64,000 nucleotides of DNA, from assembly GCA_951406725.2 (NCBI GenBank), contig OX597819.1, positions 4,898,001 through 4,962,000 on the forward strand, read 5' to 3'. The notes beneath the pieces were generated by a model, which ran no database searches, was not told where the DNA came from, and saw only the letters and a list, made by a program, of their open reading frames with translations. Each line of letters starts with the position of its first letter. Position 1 is the first letter of the stretch. The position numbers were made by a program, and so were the translations under genes. Below, one piece after another: positions 62,911 through 64,000 of the stretch. This stretch comes from Octopus vulgaris (taxonomy: Eukaryota).

Positions 62911-63146
62911 CAGTGGTTTTCAACCAGGGTCCATATAAGATTTTGTTGTTAAATTTTATTAGCAATAAATTGGTTATACTTCTACAATGCGCAAAATGTT
63001 TTAGCAATTTTGTTTATACAATTCCTAGTAACATTTAATTATAAAAAAATAATGTGATCTTTTTAAGCATCAGCTGGCTAGGAGGGTACATCAAAGTAAA
63101 TTAGGAATCAAAGGGTCCATAGGTAAAAAATGGTCAAGAAACACTG
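62911..63146. mobile_element. hAT-like MITE
   Basis: CAGTGGTTTTCAACC ... GGTCAAGAAACACTG termini. Confidence 0.65.
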
Positions 63147-63875
63147 CTATCAAGTTTTTCTTCCTACTTTTGCTTTGCAGTTTTAAAGAGAGAGTCTGTC
63201 TCCACAATCTAGTCTTTAGGCTTGGAGATCAGACCACAGTGGCTCACATAGATAAGATTATTGCACTAACCAACAAACTGTAGGTTTTACATTGGAGTAG
63301 CCTTCTCCAAAATAAATTGCTTTACAACACTGGAGAACTCACTTAACCTAGTCCTCAAATATGATACTCAAATAAAAACCTTCTTAAAACGACATTTCCT
63401 TGCCAATGCAACTGGCAAAGACTGGAGAGTTTTCACTGTAATATCAGAATTCACTGTTTTTCTCCTTTGGTGCAATTTTAGGTTTTTAATCACACTCTGT
63501 TTCACAAACTGGATCGATGATGTCCAAATAGCGGGTAGGTAGATGACAAAAATATTGCCTGGTACCATTTGCTATGCTGGGAAATGAGCCCTCCAAAAGT
63601 TCAAAAAGAGAATAGGCTGTCATTTCTGAAATTTTCTTTTGATTCTGGACCCAATGATTAAAAAGAAACCAATTCCTGATGTAATATTCCTTATGACTAT
63701 CCTAAATCACTTGCAAAGACATTTCCTTAAATGACCAACGTGTCTTATATTTTCTGGTATTAAAAAGATTCCACTTAGAGGTGCCAGATTCATTGACAGG
63801 TTTTTTTATTATTTATATAAATGTGTGTGTGTGTGTGTGAGGGGCTCTGTCCATTTGAATCCATTATGCCCCTCC

Positions 63876-64000
63876 GGATCTTTTCCTTTTGAACGGCACT
63901 TTTCAACACAATTTCTGGTTAACTAAACACTTTTAAACTTCGTATACTGGTAGAATGTGTCAAAATAAAACATTTTTTTCTCTTAGCTTTCTTGAGAAAA
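63876..64000. mobile_element. Left end of another Merlin-type MITE (runs off the window)
   Basis: GGATCTTTTCCTTTTGAACGGCAC... Confidence 0.85.

Noticed and set aside
62780-63800. Acidic peptide stretch, a 13-bp hairpin and a 66-aa ORF suggesting a gene or piggyBac-like transposase
   Set aside because: Fragmentary, with no catalytic motifs recognisable; cannot be assigned.

Overview
AT-rich, microsatellite-dense eukaryotic DNA that is almost entirely transposable-element derived. The repeat families (tRNA SINEs, RTE/BovB-like LINEs, Helitrons, TA-targeting Penelope-like fragments) suggest an octopus or other coleoid cephalopod; this is my inference. No confident host protein-coding gene was found. 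Main content: (1) a full-length Tx1/L1-clade LINE (11866-17082, 24-bp TSD) whose 3' tail is shared with a young tRNA-derived SINE family in the same window; (2) six hammerhead-ribozyme motifs in Penelope-like element fragments, two with an intact core; (3) head-to-tail Helitron arrays; (4) nested GG-ended, 8-bp-TSD (Merlin-type) palindromic MITEs carrying TTAGGG tracts; (5) mariner and rosa (DD41D) relics; (6) RTE, R4/Dong, CRE and CR1 LINE relics; (7) four tRNA SINE families. Weak host-gene candidates are a CCAAT/TATA promoter with a 27-codon ORF (51.5 kb, minus), a 60-nt exon (11.76 kb) and a pre-miRNA-like hairpin (7.4 kb). Coordinates were read by eye and boundaries of degenerate elements are approximate. 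Family assignments rest on recalled motifs, not database searches.
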